DNA from: Bacilli bacterium
GTDB taxonomy: Bacteria > Bacillota_I > Bacilli_A > RFN20 > CAG-826
NCBI GenBank assembly: GCA_045628045.1
Contig: JAZQOV010000009.1
Coordinates: 1 to 49,788 of the forward strand
Direction of reading: 5' to 3'
Length of the DNA stretch: 49,788 nt
Shown in pieces: positions 19,976 through 30,038 of this stretch. A program made the translations under genes and the position numbers. The number at the start of each line of letters is the position of its first letter. Position 1 is the stretch's first letter. The notes under the pieces were generated by a model, which was given only the letters and a program-made list of their open reading frames with translations, was not told the origin of the DNA and ran no database searches.

Positions 19976-22900
19976 TTAATCCATGATTCCAGTGTCATTG
20001 ACATCGTCTTTGTACACTGAATCTTCTTCATTGTGGGTTTCACCTGTAAGGTTACGAATTGCAGAGTTAATCTTACGTTCTTCTTTTTGTGCTTCTCTTG
20101 CAAGAGCATCAGTATCGATTGTCTTACCATCTTTATCGATGAGTTTAACATCCATACAAAGAGCGCTGAGTTCTTTTACAAGAACATTGAATGCCTCTGG
20201 AATACCTGGTTCAGGAATATCTTGTCCTTTAATAATTGCTTCGTAGGTTTTTCTACGACCAACTCTATCATCGGACTTAATGGTTAAGATTTCTTGTAAT
20301 GTATGGGAAGCACCATAAGCTTCAAGAGCCCAGACTTCCATTTCACCGAATCTTTGACCACCGTTTTGTGCTTTGCCACCAAGTGGTTGTTGTGTAACTA
20401 AGCTATATGGTCCAGTTGCACGGGCGTGAATTTTATCATCAACCATGTGGACGAGCTTAATCATATACATAACGCCAACAGAGATTCTTTCATCGAATCT
20501 TTCGCCTGTACGACCATCATAAAGGACAGTCTTTCCATCTGGATCAAGACCTGCTTTATCCATTAAATCATAGATTTCCTTATCGGAAATACCATCAAAG
20601 ACTGGAGTTGCAATCTTAATACCAAGTTTCTTACAAGCTAAACCTAAGTGGATTTCAAGAATCTGACCAATGTTCATACGAGATGGAACACCGAGTGGGT
20701 TAAGCATGATGTCAACTGGAGTACCATCGGCAAGGTAAGGCATATCACATTCTGGTAAGATACGTGAAATAACACCTTTGTTACCGTGACGACCTGACAT
20801 CTTATCACCCTCAGAGATCTTTCTCTTTTGAGCAATATAGACGCGGATTGAACGTTTAACTCCTGGTGGGAGTTCATCTCCTGCTTCTCTAGAAGCAATC
20901 TTGACATCGACAACGATACCAGCACCACCGTGTGGAACACGGAGTGAGCTATCTTTGACATCTTTTGTTTTTTCATTAAAGATGGCCATGAGAAGTTTTT
21001 CTTCTGGAGTTGGCTCGCTAAGTCCTTTTGGAGTTGTCTTACCAACTAAGATATCGCCTTCTTTAACTTCGACACCTTTAAGAATAATGCCGTTTTCATC
21101 TAAGTAAGCACGTGCTTCTTCGGAAACGTTTGGAATATCACGAGTAATTTCCTCTGGTCCAAGTTTTGTGTCACGGCAATCAATTGAGTATTCTTCAATA
21201 TGAATTGTTGTGTAGGTGTCATCTTTTACAAGACGTTCGCTCATAATGACGGCGTCTTCGTAGTTATAACCTTCCCAAGTCATGAATGCGATGGTAACGT
21301 TTTGACCTAAGGCAAGGTCTCCGTCCTTCATAGAAGGACCATCTGCAAGGATTTGACCTGGAACAACTTTATCGCCAACTTTGACGATAGCTTTTTGGTT
21401 AATACATGTGCCTTGATTTGAACGTTGGAATTTTTGTAAATCATAGACACGCTTTGCCTTACCTTCTTTAACAATGATTTGTCTAGAATCGACATAATCA
21501 ACTGTACCTTCAGAGCAGGAAACAACTGCTAAGCCAGCATCTTTTGCGACACGAGCTTCAACACCAGTTCCAACGTATGGAGTTTCAGGTTTAAGAAGTG
21601 GAAGAGCTTGACGTTGCATGTTAGCACCCATAAGAGCACGCTTTGCGTCGTCGTTCTCAAGGAATGGAATACATGCAGCAGCAACAGAAACGATTTGTTT
21701 TGGGCTGACGTCAATATAATCAATCATATCTGGAGTGACTAAAACGTTTTCTCCATTATGACGTGCGATAACTTCTTCATCTAAGATGAAGCCGTTTTCG
21801 TCCATCTTGACGTTAGCTTGCGCAATATAATGATCTTTTTCATCATCTGCACTTAAATACACTGATTTATCAGTGACTTTGCCACCTTTTTCAACAACAC
21901 GGAATGGAGTTTCAATAAATCCATAGTTATTAATCTTGGCATAAGTTGCTAAGTTATTAATAAGACCGATGTTTTGACCTTCAGGAGTTTCAATAGGACA
22001 AATACGTCCATAGTGAGTTGGGTGAACGTCACGGACTGCCATTGAGGCTCTATCACGTGCGATACCACCTTGACCTAAGGCTGAAATACGACGTTTATTT
22101 GCAAGTTCTGCAAGTGGGTTAACTTGGTCCATGAATTGAGAAAGTTGTGAACTTGCAAAGAACTCACGAATAGTTGAGGTGAGTGGTTTAATGTTCATTA
22201 ATGATTTGATTGAAGAAGTCTTCATATCAGAAATGGACATCTTTTGTTGAACTGTTTTAACCATCTTGGTTAAACCAATTCTAAATTGTGTTTGAATAAG
22301 TTCGCCAACGCATCTAACACGTCTATTGCCAAGATTATCAATATCATCAACATCACCAAAACCGGCCATGATGTTCATTAAGTATGAGAAAATAGCAATA
22401 ATATCAGCAAATGTTAAACATTCAACTGTTGTATTAAGGTTTGTACCAATGACGTTATGAACTTCGTTCATCTTCTCATCAGCATAAACTTTAATCATGT
22501 TGACTTTACCTGCAAAGATTTGTGCGAGTTCAGGTTCAGCTTTTCCTTTTGGAGCAGCTCTATCTAAAGCTTCGAGTAAATCCTTGTTTGGTTTAATGGT
22601 GATTTCGTGTGCACCATTTTCAAACACTTCTTTATCCATTAAATCTAAGACGTCTTGTTTGGAGATATATTCGCCTTTAGCTTTAAGAATTTCACCATTA
22701 GCATCAACTAAGTTTTCTGCTAAGTAGCGACCTGCTAAACGGTTATAAATTCCAAGTTTGCTACGGTATTTAAATCTACCTGCACGTCCTAAATCGTAAC
22801 GTTTGTGATCAAAGAATTTTTGAATTAAGAAGTTAGCGACACCTTCTTCAGTGATTGGCTCGCCTGGTTTTAACTTCTTGAAAATTGTTACTAAAGCATC

Positions 22901-23596
22901 AAATGGAGTGACAATATCCTTGTCTTTCTCAATTGTGCCTTCAAGTAATGCATTTTTACCAAAGAGTTTTTTAAGTGTCTTTTCATCATCAACGCCTAAA
23001 GCTTTGAGAATGATTGTAGCAGGCATCTTCTTTTGACGGTCGATACGAACGTTAATAAGTCCCTTTGGATCGGTTTCAAATTCTAACCAAGTACCACGAG
23101 TTGGAATTAAATCGGCGTTATAAACCATCTTGCCGTTTTTATCCATTTCTTTAGAAATGTATGCACCTGGAGAACGAACGATTTGTGAAACGATAACTCT
23201 TTCTGCACCATTAACGATGAATGTTCCAGAATCTGTCATTAAAGGAATATCTCCCATAAAAACTTCTTCTTCTTTCATTTCACCATCATCAATGTTACGT
23301 AAACGTAATTTTGTATAAAGTTTACTTGAGAAAGTGTAATCGTGATCTTTACATTCTAAAAATGAGTGCTTTGGATCCCTGAGTTCACATGAAACGAAAT
23401 CAATAAATGATGTTTCAGTGTAAGAAGCAATTGGGAAAACTTCCTTCATTACTTCTTCAATACCTTTTTCAAGGAACCACTTGTAGGAATCGGTTTGAAT
23501 TTCTACAAGATTTGGTAATTCTAGACTTCCTGAAATCTTTGAGAAGTTAATTCTGCCAGATGGAAGTACTGGATAATCTTTGTATGTTTTGCTCAT
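19976..23596 (-). CDS. rpoB: DNA-directed RNA polymerase beta subunit
   Basis: [42 protein letters not shown]; start at MSKTY (23596) after AAGGAG. Confidence 0.99.
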   Translation of the reverse strand: MSKTYKDYPVLPSGRINFSKISGSLELPNLVEIQTDSYKWFLEKGIEEVMKEVFPIASYTETSFIDFVSCELRDPKHSFLECKDHDYTFSSKLYTKLRLRNIDDGEMKEEEVFMGDIPLMTDSGTFIVNGAERVIVSQIVRSPGAYISKEMDKNGKMVYNADLIPTRGTWLEFETDPKGLINVRIDRQKKMPATIILKALGVDDEKTLKKLFGKNALLEGTIEKDKDIVTPFDALVTIFKKLKPGEPITEEGVANFLIQKFFDHKRYDLGRAGRFKYRSKLGIYNRLAGRYLAENLVDANGEILKAKGEYISKQDVLDLMDKEVFENGAHEITIKPNKDLLEALDRAAPKGKAEPELAQIFAGKVNMIKVYADEKMNEVHNVIGTNLNTTVECLTFADIIAIFSYLMNIMAGFGDVDDIDNLGNRRVRCVGELIQTQFRIGLTKMVKTVQQKMSISDMKTSSIKSLMNIKPLTSTIREFFASSQLSQFMDQVNPLAELANKRRISALGQGGIARDRASMAVRDVHPTHYGRICPIETPEGQNIGLINNLATYAKINNYGFIETPFRVVEKGGKVTDKSVYLSADDEKDHYIAQANVKMDENGFILDEEVIARHNGENVLVTPDMIDYIDVSPKQIVSVAAACIPFLENDDAKRALMGANMQRQALPLLKPETPYVGTGVEARVAKDAGLAVVSCSEGTVDYVDSRQIIVKEGKAKRVYDLQKFQRSNQGTCINQKAIVKVGDKVVPGQILADGPSMKDGDLALGQNVTIAFMTWEGYNYEDAVIMSERLVKDDTYTTIHIEEYSIDCRDTKLGPEEITRDIPNVSEEARAYLDENGIILKGVEVKEGDILVGKTTPKGLSEPTPEEKLLMAIFNEKTKDVKDSSLRVPHGGAGIVVDVKIASREAGDELPPGVKRSIRVYIAQKRKISEGDKMSGRHGNKGVISRILPECDMPYLADGTPVDIMLNPLGVPSRMNIGQILEIHLGLACKKLGIKIATPVFDGISDKEIYDLMDKAGLDPDGKTVLYDGRTGERFDERISVGVMYMIKLVHMVDDKIHARATGPYSLVTQQPLGGKAQNGGQRFGEMEVWALEAYGASHTLQEILTIKSDDRVGRRKTYEAIIKGQDIPEPGIPEAFNVLVKELSALCMDVKLIDKDGKTIDTDALAREAQKEERKINSAIRNLTGETHNEEDSVYKDDVNDTGIMD

Positions 23597-23615
23597 TAAA
23601 TGGCTCCTTTCAAGC

Positions 23616-24224
23616 TCACTTTGCCTCATGTTTAGTAGCTTTCAAGATGTAATAGCCTTTTTCTCTAGCTAGAACAGTTACGTTTCCAAACAACTCTTCT
23701 AGGTAGGATTTTACGCTAAGAGCACCTTGTTGCTTTCTAATAACAATATAAAGTGAACCGCCATCAATTAGATGAGTTAAGGCTCCACGATAGATCTCGT
23801 AAGTTACTTTCTTACCAGCTCTAATTGGAGGGTTACTCACAATTGAATCAAATTTTCCTTCAATCTCTAAATAGATGTCACTTTGAAGGATAGTGACCCG
23901 TTGACTTAACTTGAGCGAGGTTGCGTTTGCGCTACACAAGCTTAGCGCGCGCGTATTAACGTCAGATAATGTGACGTGTAATCTAGGGTGGAAGTAAGCT
24001 AATGTTAAGCCAATGACGCCTATTCCACAGCCAAGATCTAATAAGTTTTCTCCAAGAGTAAGAGGAAGGAGCGTCTCAATGAGAAGCTCACTTCCTTTAT
24101 CTAATTCGTTCTTGGAAAAAACACCTACATCCGAATCTAACGAGAAACTTACGCTTTTAAAAGCGTAGTTAATCTTTCTTGGCCTAGATGCCAAGGTATC
24201 ATCATTTATAAAATAATGAGACAT
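23616..24224 (-). CDS. rsmC: Class I SAM-dependent methyltransferase (RsmC/YbxB-like)
   Basis: [26 protein letters not shown]; conserved rplL-ybxB-rpoB synteny. Confidence 0.85.
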   Translation of the reverse strand: MSHYFINDDTLASRPRKINYAFKSVSFSLDSDVGVFSKNELDKGSELLIETLLPLTLGENLLDLGCGIGVIGLTLAYFHPRLHVTLSDVNTRALSLCSANATSLKLSQRVTILQSDIYLEIEGKFDSIVSNPPIRAGKKVTYEIYRGALTHLIDGGSLYIVIRKQQGALSVKSYLEELFGNVTVLAREKGYYILKATKHEAK

Positions 24225-24257
24225 TTTAGATTCGGTTTTGTCTAATTAAATAATAAA

Positions 24258-24641
24258 TTATTTAACTTCGACTTCTGCACCAGCAGCTTCAAGAGCTTTC
24301 TTGTGTTCTTCTGCTTCAACTGGTGAAATGTGTTCTTTGACGTTGCATGGTGCACCATCAACAAGTTTCTTTGCATCCATAAGTCCGAGACCTGTGATTG
24401 CTTGAACTGCTTTGATGACTGCAACTTTTTGCATACCTGCTGCTTTAAGAACAAGTGTAACATCGGCTGCTGCCTTTGCTCCGCCTTCTTCTTCTGCTGC
24501 TGCACCAGCTGCTGGAGCTGCTGCTGCGACTGCTGCAGTGACACCGAATTCTGCTTCGACTGCTTTGACGAGTTCATTTAATTCAAGAACTGTCATTTCT
24601 TTTAAAGAAGCAATAATTTCTTCATTTGTTAACTTTGCCAT
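24258..24641 (-). CDS. rplL: 50S ribosomal protein L7/L12
   Basis: [12 protein letters not shown], Ala-rich hinge, [21 protein letters not shown]. Confidence 0.98.
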   Translation of the reverse strand: MAKLTNEEIIASLKEMTVLELNELVKAVEAEFGVTAAVAAAAPAAGAAAEEEGGAKAAADVTLVLKAAGMQKVAVIKAVQAITGLGLMDAKKLVDGAPCNVKEHISPVEAEEHKKALEAAGAEVEVK

Positions 24642-24662
24642 AATAAGTTCCTCCTATAGGCA

Positions 24663-25151
24663 TTAATTTTTGCTATCCGCAACTGCTTTGACTGTAGCAG
24701 CGAATTTTTGGATAGATGCATTTAAGCATGATAAGAACATTGATAATAAACCGTTCTTGTCTGGTAAAGATGCAAGTGTCTTCACTCCTTGAGCATCCAT
24801 GACTTTACCTTCAGCTAAACCTGCTTTGATTACTAAGAATTCATTTTTCTTAGCAAATTTTGCAAGTACTTTTGGTCCAGCATTGATTTCCTTAGAGAAG
24901 ACGTAGGCATTTGAACCAGTTAAGTATTGATCAAGTTCGCTGTATCCAAGATCTGCGCTTGCTTTTGTAACAAGTGTGTTCTTGTAAACATTGAAAGTTG
25001 ATCCAGCGGCTTTAAGAGATTTTTTGAGTTCACTGATTTCAGCGACTGTTAATCCACGATATTCAACAATTGTCATAGATGCTGAATCTTTAATTGAATC
25101 AGTAATCTTTGCAACTATAGCTTTCTTGGATTCAAGAATTTCTTTGTTCAT
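24663..25151 (-). CDS. rplJ: 50S ribosomal protein L10
   Basis: EYRGLTV..., YKNTL, LASLP; start at MNKEIL (25151) after GGAGG. Confidence 0.97.
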   Translation of the reverse strand: MNKEILESKKAIVAKITDSIKDSASMTIVEYRGLTVAEISELKKSLKAAGSTFNVYKNTLVTKASADLGYSELDQYLTGSNAYVFSKEINAGPKVLAKFAKKNEFLVIKAGLAEGKVMDAQGVKTLASLPDKNGLLSMFLSCLNASIQKFAATVKAVADSKN

Positions 25152-25180
25152 CTGTTCTACCTCCTTTTTAATAGTCAATT

Positions 25181-25266
25181 AGAGGCACCAATATATTGGT
25201 TAATACACCTCGGTAACATTATTAAGCCCCTTGGCCGTTACTGTCTTAGATATATTGTGCGCCTAG
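25181..25266 (-). promoter_or_regulatory. L10 leader (ribosomal protein autoregulatory RNA)
   Basis: TAAGACAGTAAC...TTAA...GTTACCGAGG core between rplA and rplJ, closed by GGCGCAC/GTGCC and AATATA/TATATT pairings. Confidence 0.8.
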
Positions 25267-25271
25267 ATCAA

Positions 25272-25955
25272 TTACATTCCTTCGAATACGAAGTGAATTG
25301 ATGGGCCCATTGTTGTATGTACAACAGCGGTTTTGATGTAAGAACCTTTTACAGCAGCTGGTCTAACTCTTACGAGTGTTGAGACAAGTGCTTCTAAGTT
25401 CTCACTGAGTTTGGCTGCGTCGAAGCTAACACGTCCGATTGAAAGGTGCATATTTGCATCCTTGTCGAGACGGTATTCAACTTTTCCGAGTTTGAATTCT
25501 TTAATTGCTTTAGCGATATCTGGAGCAACTGTACCAGCTTTTGGGTTTGGCATTAAACCTTTAGGTCCTAAGACTCTAGCGGCTTTACCAAGTTCACCCA
25601 TCATTTCTGGGGTTGCAACGATAACGTCGAATTCGAACCAATTCTCTTTAACGATCTTTTCGATCATTTCTTTGCCACCGACGAAATCAGCGCCGGCTGC
25701 TTTTGCATCCTCAACCTTGGATGTGATTGCGCAAATCTTTTTGCTCTTTCCGTTTCCGTTTGGGAGTATGAGAGTACCTCTGATTTGTTGATCTGCTTGT
25801 GTAGTATCAACGTTGAAATGGAATGAGACATCGACTGTTGCGTCAAATTTAACGGTTGATGTTTTCTTAACAAGTTCGCATGCTTCCTTGATTGAATAAG
25901 CTTTATCAGCCTTAATGAGTTCTGCGACTTTCTTATAATTCTTACCTAATTTCAT
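25272..25955 (-). CDS. rplA: 50S ribosomal protein L1
   Basis: KFDATVD, LGPKGLMPNPKAGTV, TTMGPS. Confidence 0.98.
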   Translation of the reverse strand: MKLGKNYKKVAELIKADKAYSIKEACELVKKTSTVKFDATVDVSFHFNVDTTQADQQIRGTLILPNGNGKSKKICAITSKVEDAKAAGADFVGGKEMIEKIVKENWFEFDVIVATPEMMGELGKAARVLGPKGLMPNPKAGTVAPDIAKAIKEFKLGKVEYRLDKDANMHLSIGRVSFDAAKLSENLEALVSTLVRVRPAAVKGSYIKTAVVHTTMGPSIHFVFEGM

Positions 25956-25960
25956 AATAA

Positions 25961-26371
25961 TTATTCGTCAATCGCGATTCCCATATTCTTGCAACTACCT
26001 GCAACAATTCTCATTGCTGCTTCTACGTTGTCGCAGTTAAGGTCTGGTAACTTGTATTCAGCGATTTCCTTAAGTTGTGCTTTGCTGATGTGACCAACAA
26101 TGACTTTTGGATTAGCAGAAGCCTTTTGGAGACCAGCAGCTTTGAGGATTAAACCTGCAACTGGGGAAGTCTTGATTACGAAGTCATGAGACTTGTCTTC
26201 ATAAGCTGTAATAATGACTGGAACAATTTGTCCTTTTCTGTCAGCAGTCTTCGCATTGAAGTCTGTACAGAACTTTGGCATGACGACACCAGCTGAAGCA
26301 AGTTTTGGTCCTGGTTTAGCTTCGCCGCCTGGGAGTTCCATCTTAACAACTTTGACGATTCTTTTACTCAC
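25961..26371 (-). CDS. rplK: 50S ribosomal protein L11
   Basis: GTG start at 26371 after AGGAGG; FCTDFNAKT, IAEYKLPDLN, GSCKNMGI. Confidence 0.97.
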   Translation of the reverse strand: MSKRIVKVVKMELPGGEAKPGPKLASAGVVMPKFCTDFNAKTADRKGQIVPVIITAYEDKSHDFVIKTSPVAGLILKAAGLQKASANPKVIVGHISKAQLKEIAEYKLPDLNCDNVEAAMRIVAGSCKNMGIAIDE

Positions 26372-26407
26372 GTGACATTTCCTCCTTTTCTTTTTAGATT
26401 TGTCCGT

Positions 26408-26449
26408 GTCGTGGTCTAGTATGATCCGATCGTAAGGACCTTCCACGAT
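26408..26449 (-). promoter_or_regulatory. L1-binding leader in the rplK 5' UTR
   Basis: TCGTGGAAGG...AGACCACGA stem matching the GTGG(G/A)AGG...ACCAC L1 operator pattern. Confidence 0.7.
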
Positions 26450-26500
26450 ACGTATGTGCACTTCGTACGCTCTCTCATTAGCGGACGATATGCGAGTGAG

Positions 26501-26529
26501 ATTATACAGGAACGCGTACGTATATGCAA
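26501..26529 (-). promoter_or_regulatory. SigA promoter of rplK
   Basis: TTGCAT-17 bp-TATAAT. Confidence 0.8.
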
Positions 26530-26530
26530 G

Positions 26531-26556
26531 AAAAAACTTCACAAATTGATGTGAAG
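26531..26556 (-). terminator. Intrinsic terminator after the AAA ATPase gene
   Basis: CTTCACA-loop-TGTGAAG followed by TTTTTT. Confidence 0.7.
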
Positions 26557-26597
26557 CTAGTCTATAAATACAATGTATTTAAAATAAAACAATTTTT

Positions 26598-27641
26598 CTA
26601 AAAATCGAACTCTAATTTTTCATCTAAAAATTCTTTAAAACGAGGAAGAATTATATCGAAAATTCCTTTTTTGTCTCTTAATATTCCTCGTTTTATAAGG
26701 CGATCTTTATACACTGAAATATTCTTAATATTGAAACCAGAATTATCAACAATGTACCTTGAAGAACAGCTTCCTTCTTTTGGAATTGCTCTTAATATTT
26801 TTAATTCATTTTCCGGAATATTTTCATAAATTTTGTCGTAGCAATAATCCTTAAGGCTTGCATCAAATTTTTCTATTAATTCCTTATTAATTGCGCCAAT
26901 ATTTGTGTAGAGGTAACCTAATAATTGATACGCGTACGCATAACCCTTTGTCAATTTGGTTAAATCCTTAATTTCTTCACGCGTCTTGTCTTTGAATATT
27001 TTTAAATAAGAAGCAAAAATATCATTCAAATCAAGAGGTTCTAAGTAGATTTTTGGTGCTCGATATAAAAAAGTAAGTGATTTATTGTTTTGCAAAGACA
27101 CAATATTTTCGTATAAACCTGTCATAAGTAGGAAAATATCATATCCGTCCCCAATAAACTCTTGAAAGTCATGTGCGAAAGCTTTCATCTCTTTTGAGTT
27201 TGTTGCTTCATCCATGCAAACTAGAATTTTTTTATTTTCCTTTTTTAAATAATTAAACATCTTTTTTACAAGGGTTTTGATATTTGATACAGGAGTTTTT
27301 CCCTCAATTGAGAAAGAAACACAATGAAACGAAAAAGAAAAACTCTTTTTAACAAATAAATGTTTAACATTTTCATTCTCGTAAATGTTAGCGGCAATTT
27401 GCTCTAAGATATCTCTATCAGGGTTAACCTTTATAACAACCCAGTCTTCAATATCCATCATTCCTTTATATATCTTATTAAGTAAAACTGTTTTTCCGCT
27501 TCCTCTAGCACCTGAAATCACATATAAATTTGAATTTGGATTTTCCGAACAAAAATCAAAACAAATTTCATTAACTAGATTGTCTCTACTAAGAAAATTA
27601 AAAGGTAATTTGCCAAAAGTTAAATCGAATGAACTAACCAT
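26598..27641 (-). CDS. AAA+ ATPase (archaeal-ATPase/AAA_16-like) with a C-terminal winged helix
   Basis: Walker A GARGSGKT, Walker B ILVCMDE, TGL, TKGYAY; C-terminal NISVYKDRLIKRGIL is wHTH-like. Confidence 0.82.
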   Translation of the reverse strand: MVSSFDLTFGKLPFNFLSRDNLVNEICFDFCSENPNSNLYVISGARGSGKTVLLNKIYKGMMDIEDWVVIKVNPDRDILEQIAANIYENENVKHLFVKKSFSFSFHCVSFSIEGKTPVSNIKTLVKKMFNYLKKENKKILVCMDEATNSKEMKAFAHDFQEFIGDGYDIFLLMTGLYENIVSLQNNKSLTFLYRAPKIYLEPLDLNDIFASYLKIFKDKTREEIKDLTKLTKGYAYAYQLLGYLYTNIGAINKELIEKFDASLKDYCYDKIYENIPENELKILRAIPKEGSCSSRYIVDNSGFNIKNISVYKDRLIKRGILRDKKGIFDIILPRFKEFLDEKLEFDF

Positions 27642-27663
27642 AAATTGTTCTCCTGCCTACTTA

Positions 27664-27692
27664 ATTATAATTAAAAAGAAAACCATAATCAA
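27664..27692 (-). promoter_or_regulatory. SigA promoter of the AAA ATPase gene
   Basis: TTGATT-17 bp-TATAAT, then a GGCAGGAG RBS. Confidence 0.75.
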
Positions 27693-27699
27693 GGAAATC

Positions 27700-27767
27700 T
27701 TGTTAGATTGTGTTAGATTTGTTAGATTGTGTTAGAATGATAAATTCTTGTTAGATTGTGTTAGATT
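27700..27767. repeat. Array of six TGTTAGA(TT) direct repeats arranged as three 19-bp dimers
   Basis: TGTTAGA at 27701, 27711, 27720, 27730, 27749 and 27759. Confidence 0.92.
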
Positions 27768-27771
27768 CGTT

Positions 27772-29925
27772 TTACTCAATTTTCCTATAAATAAGTAATA
27801 ATGAGTTCAATGTCATAAGTACTGTTAAACCAGTGTCTGCGAGTACCGCGACAAGCATTCCAGCTTGCCCGAGCAAGCCTGCGAGTATTAGCGAAATAAC
27901 GGTCACTTTCACAATAAGTGAAAAGATAATATTGAAGATTGCGACAGTTTTTGTTTTCTTGGCGATAACAATAGAATCATAAATTTTTAATGGATGATCT
28001 TGCATGATGACAACATCAGCATTCTCTACCGCCATATCTGAGCCAATTCCACCCATAGCAAAACCAACATCTGCTCGAATAATTGATGGAGTGTCATTAA
28101 TTCCATCTCCTGCAAAAGCCACTAAATGTTTGTCGTCTCTAGTAGAGATTGCTTCTTCTACAAATTTGGTTTTATCTTGTGGCAAAAGTTTCGCGTGGTA
28201 TTCTTGAATACCAACTCTCTCAGCAACCTCCTTAACAGTGGATAATTTATCACCAGAAAGAAGGATGGTTTTTACGCCTATTTTATCTAATTTTTTGATT
28301 AATAATTTTGCCTTGTCTCTAACAACGTCCTTAAGGACAACATGACCAATAAATTTGTTGTTTTTTGCAACATAAATTGCAGTGCCTGGTACATCAACTT
28401 CTTCTACCTCAATTTTAGCATTTTTAAGTAAATCAATATTGCCTGCTAAAATTATATTTCCTTCATATTCTGTGGAGACTCCTAAACCCGGAAATTCTGT
28501 GTAATTTTTTTGATTTAAGGCTAATTTTGACACTTTTTTGTGTAAACAGATTGCTTTAGCAATCGGATGATCACTACGCGATTCTGCAGCTAAAAGTGCT
28601 TCCATAAATTCTTTTTCACTAACACCATTTGTGACCACTTTTGAAACTTCAAAATTGCCATAAGTTAAGGTGCCTGTTTTATCTAAAAAGACAGTGCCAA
28701 TTTTACATAAAGAATCCAGGTAATTTGCGCCTTTTATAACTACGCCTCTTTTAGAGGCAAGTCCAATGCCTGCAAAGAAGGCTAAAGGAACAGAAATTAC
28801 TATCGCGCACGGGCAAGAAACAACAAGTATTGCTAGTCCTCCGAAAATGGCCTTTGTCCAGGCGCCTGAAATAAATCCATAAAGAACAGTGTATAAAACA
28901 CCAATTCCAAAGACTGTTGGTGTGTAAACTCTAGCGAATTTTGAAATAAATTTTTCCGCTTTTGCTTTTCTTTCTCCTGAAGACTGAACAAGTTCCAATA
29001 TCATTGATATTGTGGAGTCGGCAAAGACCTTATTTACCTTAACTGTAATTGATCCACTTCTTAAAATTGAACCGGATAAAACGTTATTACCGACTAAAGC
29101 ATCTACAGGCATCGGCTCTCCCGTTAATGAAGACATATCAAGTGTTCCTTGTCCATCGATGATTTCACCATCTGCTGGAACAATTTCTCCAATTCTAACA
29201 AGGATTTTATCGCCAATTTTAAGGGTTTCTGGTTTTACTTCGACAACTTTGTTGTCAGTAATTAAATTTGCTGTATCTGCTCTTAAATCTACCGCATTAG
29301 AAATTGCATCTTTAGATTTACCTGTAGCAATATGTTCAAACAGTTCTCCTAACTGATATAAGGCAATAACCATAACTCCATCAGCTAAATCAACGTTAAA
29401 GTTAGCAGATTCAAGAACTTCATAATGCACAAGTATAGAAAGCGTAAAAACGCCTATAGTAGAAATTGTAAGCAACAAATTCATATCAAGCGGATTGCGT
29501 AAATGAATTATATTCATCACCACTTTATATAAAATGTCGTATAAACATACAATCACGCCTAGCGCGCATAATATTAAAGAAGTCACGTAATTATCTTCAA
29601 ATATCATGCCAAGGGCCATAAAAATAAATGAGGCTATGATTCTGCCTGCCATTATAAAGAAACGTTTGTTAAAGATTGAATGAGTTCCTTTTTTAGTAGA
29701 TTGTAGTCTTTCAATTCTTAAAGGATCACTTTCTACTTCTTTAATTAATTTAATTAAATCATCGGTTTGAAGAGGTTCTTCTCTATAAGTTAAATATAAT
29801 CTTTCATTTTGGAAGTCTATTGTTGCATTTTGAATGTTTTCCTGTTTGTTTAAAAAACGTTCCACTTTTGCGGCACAATTAGGACAATCGAATCCAGAGA
29901 TGTGATATATAACCTTTTTTGACAT
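27772..29925 (-). CDS. Heavy-metal translocating P1B-type ATPase (CadA/ZntA-like)
   Basis: N-terminal HMA domain FDCPNC, LTGEP, SCPC, DKTGT, HP, GDGIND. Confidence 0.93.
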   Translation of the reverse strand: MSKKVIYHISGFDCPNCAAKVERFLNKQENIQNATIDFQNERLYLTYREEPLQTDDLIKLIKEVESDPLRIERLQSTKKGTHSIFNKRFFIMAGRIIASFIFMALGMIFEDNYVTSLILCALGVIVCLYDILYKVVMNIIHLRNPLDMNLLLTISTIGVFTLSILVHYEVLESANFNVDLADGVMVIALYQLGELFEHIATGKSKDAISNAVDLRADTANLITDNKVVEVKPETLKIGDKILVRIGEIVPADGEIIDGQGTLDMSSLTGEPMPVDALVGNNVLSGSILRSGSITVKVNKVFADSTISMILELVQSSGERKAKAEKFISKFARVYTPTVFGIGVLYTVLYGFISGAWTKAIFGGLAILVVSCPCAIVISVPLAFFAGIGLASKRGVVIKGANYLDSLCKIGTVFLDKTGTLTYGNFEVSKVVTNGVSEKEFMEALLAAESRSDHPIAKAICLHKKVSKLALNQKNYTEFPGLGVSTEYEGNIILAGNIDLLKNAKIEVEEVDVPGTAIYVAKNNKFIGHVVLKDVVRDKAKLLIKKLDKIGVKTILLSGDKLSTVKEVAERVGIQEYHAKLLPQDKTKFVEEAISTRDDKHLVAFAGDGINDTPSIIRADVGFAMGGIGSDMAVENADVVIMQDHPLKIYDSIVIAKKTKTVAIFNIIFSLIVKVTVISLILAGLLGQAGMLVAVLADTGLTVLMTLNSLLLIYRKIE

Positions 29926-30038
29926 GTTTTCTTCGTTTCTATAATTAATATTTTGATTGATGATTTAATTTTAGCATTTTAAAAAATAAAACAAAAAAGG
30001 TTAATTATTTTGTTTTTCAAATTTTTATGCACAAGATT

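Noticed and set aside
26372-26542. 57-aa N-terminal extension of L11 in the ORF track
   Set aside because: This region holds the promoter and L1 leader; the real start is GTG 26371 with AGGAGG. Similar over-extensions were trimmed for rpoB, rplJ, rpsL and others.
27700-27767. Repeat array as a CRISPR or mini-CRISPR
   Set aside because: The units are 9-10 bp, mostly contiguous with no unique spacers, and there are no cas genes in the window.
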